Part shown: one piece after another, positions 61,277 through 64,000 of the stretch | How positions within the stretch are numbered: position 1 is the first letter of the stretch | Layout of the letters: each line of letters opens with the position of its first letter | Assembly: GCA_050298595.1 (NCBI GenBank) | Contig: JBNKUM010000076.1 | Coordinates: forward strand, 75,956-139,955 | Reading direction: 5' to 3' | DNA length: 64,000 bases | Source of the DNA: Gammaproteobacteria bacterium | GTDB taxonomy: Bacteria; Pseudomonadota; Gammaproteobacteria; GCA-001735895 | Position numbers and translations under genes: made by a program | Notes under the pieces: generated by a model | What the model saw: the letters and a program-made list of their open reading frames with translations, nothing else | Databases searched by the model: none | Told to the model about the DNA's origin: nothing

Positions 61277-64000
61277 TCAGTAGTTGTAGTCCATTCCTCG
61301 CCCCGCCAGGAACACCCGTCCATAGACGCTGGTATCGGCGGCAATGCCGCTAACGCCACCGTAACGGTGATTGTCGTCGTCGATCCGGGTCCAGCTCACC
61401 CCCTCGTCGTCGGAGCGATACACGCCGTAAACGTAAACGCCACTAGTGAGCAGTCTGCCCACGAAGTAGACCGCTGCCGAGTAGGATGAACCCTCAGCAG
61501 GTGCGCCTAAAGCCACTTTCATGGCGCCGTGCTGGTTCGTATTACCTGTACTCACCTGCGTTCCTGTCAATTTCGTCCAGGTGGCGCCTGAGTCTACAGA
61601 ATGCCACAGGTTATTGGCGTCGGCCAGCCACAGATCACCCTCGACGAAGGGATTGACCGCGAGGTCAGTATTGTTGAACCCGTATGAGTCCCAGGTTTGC
61701 GCACTGGCAGTGAAAGTGTGCCCGCCATCAGTGGAATAGTAAAACTTTCCTGCAGCAGGATTAATCCACCAATCTCCCCCATGGTCGTATGCGTAAACCT
61801 TATTGGGGTTTTGTCGGTCGGCGACAATATGATAGGCGGCTCCCCACGTTGACACTGGTGCTGGAAGATTGGTGGCTATCCAGCTGTTGCCGTTGTCTTG
61901 CGAGTAATAGGGGATCTGACCCGTGATCGACCAGATTACATTCTTGCCGTCAGCAGTCACCGCTACTTTGGAATGATCTCCAGAATTTGAAGAGATAGGG
62001 GGTACCGTCTGGAATTTGGTCCAGGTCACACCCGAGTCGGTAGAGTAAGCGCCATTTGATGTATCGCCGAAGCTTCCAACAGCCACAATATAGGCGGGGT
62101 CATCCCAGGCCATATCGATGCCGGTGCCGTTGCCGAAATCCCCGAGAGGTGGCGTGGCCCCCAAATTCGGCGAGCGTGTCGGCGCGTCGGTCAGGGAGGT
62201 GTGGACGTAGAGACCGGTATCGCCGTGCGCGCTTGCCAGCACGTAAGAGGCCCCCGGAGGTGGCGACGTCATCTCGAGATTCACCATCTCCTCGATGCCG
62301 TTGACGTCGAAGGTCCAGTGAGGCTTGGGTGCCGTGAAGGCTTCGCTGGTTGACCAGGGCCCACCACCAGTCACGTAGGTCACATGATTCGGGTCGAAGG
62401 GATCGATATCCAGGTCATCTACCCAACCCGAGTACCCTGGATTAGCGACCGCAGTAGTCCCGCTTGCATCGTGATAATCCGTGCTGCCGTTAACGTCACC
62501 AGACCTGCCGATCTCCGTCCAGTTCGCGCCGTCGTCGTCGGAGCGCATTGCGGCCTGCACCCAGGCACCGTTACCCCAGGTGCCTGAGACGCCAATGACA
62601 ATCTTCGTCGTCGAGCCGCTGCCATACACAGAGAGGCCACCGATGCCGCCAAAGTAGTTACCGTCACCCGAGTTGGTCAGAAGCGTCCAAGTCGTGCCGC
62701 CGTCAAACTTATACAACCACGACGGTGCGCTGCTGCCAGGACCAGCGTTTGAGGTAAAAGGCACGTAGAACGTTCCGTCGGCAGAGCGAGCCATGTGCGG
62801 TATGTAGGGAAGAACGGGGGTCGCAGGGTCACCGGTGGTAGCATTCGTCACCGTCGTGGGAATCGTGACCCCTGTCCAGCTAGCGCCACCATCGGTCGAT
62901 TTATAGAGGTAAGAGGAAAGACCCGCAAGGGCTTTGTAGTCAGGAGCAACCCCCACGTAGATGGTTTGGGTGGCGCTCCCCGTGGGCGTAAAGCCCGTCG
63001 TTGGGACAGGAGTGTCGAACACAACGAACTCCACCCCGATGGGACTCCCCTTATTCCCGTAAAGATTATCGCCGTGAGCTTGTCCATTAGGATCAGCAGC
63101 AGCCATTCCACTTATGTCGCTTGCCAACATCTTATAGGAGGACAGCGTCGTGACCTGGTTCCAGTTCAACCCGGAGTCCGTGCTTTTCCAAAGCCCCTGT
63201 GTGCGCGATGCATAAAACAGCGTAGAGGGAAGATTAGGGTCGACCATCAGCCGCTCGCCGATCCCCCGGCCCTGGTTGTTCGCCCCGATCTCGAAAGGAA
63301 GATCCACGTAGTTCCATGTGTCACCTTGATTGGACGAGTAATAGAACCGTCCGTTTCCATACGAAACCGATATGCTGGTCGTCATGTACACCTTGCTTGC
63401 ATCCGTCGGATCGACAGCCATGCTCTCAGCCCCCTGATGATTAGCATCCTCTGGAGGAAATGCGTCGGCGAGTGGAATCCACTGGGAAATGCTATCGTCC
63501 CATCGGTACACGCCATCCATGTCGGTACGGACATAGCGCAATTTGTTCACGGTCGGGTGATAGATGACGCCGGGGGTATATCCGCCACCGCCCATCTTAA
63601 CATTGGTCCATCCCGTGGAGGGTGGCACAGATGCCACCAGGTCAACGCTAAAGCTCACCGTGCTGGTTGTGCTTGCCACAACATTATTGGCATCTTTCAC
63701 TGAGAACACGACATTCGCTGCTGTGTAGGTGGCCGTAGGTGTTCCTGTCACCTCACCGCTACTGGCGTTAAGGCTCAATCCCGCAGGCAGTGTTCCAGAT
63801 GTAACGCTGAAGGTATAAGGCGTTGCACCACCACTGGGCGCCAGGGGCGAGAAGCTGGACATCGCCATGCCAACTGTCAGGTTCTGTGTAGTGGTGGTTG
63901 CCGTGGCAGTGATAGAGATTGGTGCGGCAGCTACACTAAAGCTCACAGTGCTGGTTGTGCCTGCCACAACATTATTGGCATCTTTAACCGAGAACACGAC
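61277..64000 (-). CDS. GH74 xyloglucanase-like beta-propeller preceded by Ig-like repeats (5' end outside the window)
   Basis: WTNVKMGGGGY, YVRTDMDGVYRWD, GRGIGERL.VDP, many SxDxGxTW Asp-boxes; SGTLPAGLSLNASSGEVTGTPT Ig repeat. Confidence 0.88.
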   Translation of the reverse strand, partial: VVFSVKDANNVVAGTTSTVSFSVAAAPISITATATTTTQNLTVGMAMSSFSPLAPSGGATPYTFSVTSGTLPAGLSLNASSGEVTGTPTATYTAANVVFSVKDANNVVASTTSTVSFSVDLVASVPPSTGWTNVKMGGGGYTPGVIYHPTVNKLRYVRTDMDGVYRWDDSISQWIPLADAFPPEDANHQGAESMAVDPTDASKVYMTTSISVSYGNGRFYYSSNQGDTWNYVDLPFEIGANNQGRGIGERLMVDPNLPSTLFYASRTQGLWKSTDSGLNWNQVTTLSSYKMLASDISGMAAADPNGQAHGDNLYGNKGSPIGVEFVVFDTPVPTTGFTPTGSATQTIYVGVAPDYKALAGLSSYLYKSTDGGASWTGVTIPTTVTNATTGDPATPVLPYIPHMARSADGTFYVPFTSNAGPGSSAPSWLYKFDGGTTWTLLTNSGDGNYFGGIGGLSVYGSGSTTKIVIGVSGTWGNGAWVQAAMRSDDDGANWTEIGRSGDVNGSTDYHDASGTTAVANPGYSGWVDDLDIDPFDPNHVTYVTGGGPWSTSEAFTAPKPHWTFDVNGIEEMVNLEMTSPPPGASYVLASAHGDTGLYVHTSLTDAPTRSPNLGATPPLGDFGNGTGIDMAWDDPAYIVAVGSFGDTSNGAYSTDSGVTWTKFQTVPPISSNSGDHSKVAVTADGKNVIWSITGQIPYYSQDNGNSWIATNLPAPVSTWGAAYHIVADRQNPNKVYAYDHGGDWWINPAAGKFYYSTDGGHTFTASAQTWDSYGFNNTDLAVNPFVEGDLWLADANNLWHSVDSGATWTKLTGTQVSTGNTNQHGAMKVALGAPAEGSSYSAAVYFVGRLLTSGVYVYGVYRSDDEGVSWTRIDDDNHRYGGVSGIAADTSVYGRVFLAGRGMDYNY

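Noticed and set aside
60890-61489. 199 aa plus-strand ORF
   Set aside because: It spans a terminator, a MITE and the antisense strand of the GH74 gene; probably spurious
62795-63703. 302 aa ORF and other long antisense ORFs (e.g. 2667-3269, 5167-5736)
   Set aside because: Shadow frames of well-supported genes with no recognisable motifs

Overview
A 64 kb chromosomal stretch, probably from a marine Gammaproteobacterium (possibly a sulfur oxidizer; this is an inference). Housekeeping and signalling genes include the large NAD-glutamate dehydrogenase, folD, speA-speB, glrK-qseG-glrR, polB, four GGDEF diguanylate cyclases, c-type cytochromes, DUF302 proteins and transporters. They alternate with AT-rich accessory patches full of pseudogenes and mobile-element debris. 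The most notable structures are not visible in the ORF track. (1) At 22.2-24.4 kb, an integrase-less integron cassette array has two attC sites, one with a compensated GAT/ATC core, plus a third site hit by a group IIC intron remnant; two inverted copies of a ~170 bp MITE bracket it. (2) At 52.6-52.85 kb there is an orphan type I-F CRISPR leader with one perfect repeat, a 32 nt spacer and a possible degenerate repeat, and no cas genes in the window. (3) A GlrR/sigma54/IHF promoter precedes a small secreted EF-hand protein at the position where enterobacteria have the glmY sRNA. (4) A hipA operon has a tandem-HTH antitoxin and four asymmetric operators at ~49-50 bp spacing. (5) A kinase-pseudokinase protein is transcribed divergently from an OM beta-barrel plus pseudokinase-TPR pair. 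All product calls come from motif recognition by eye; no database searches were run.
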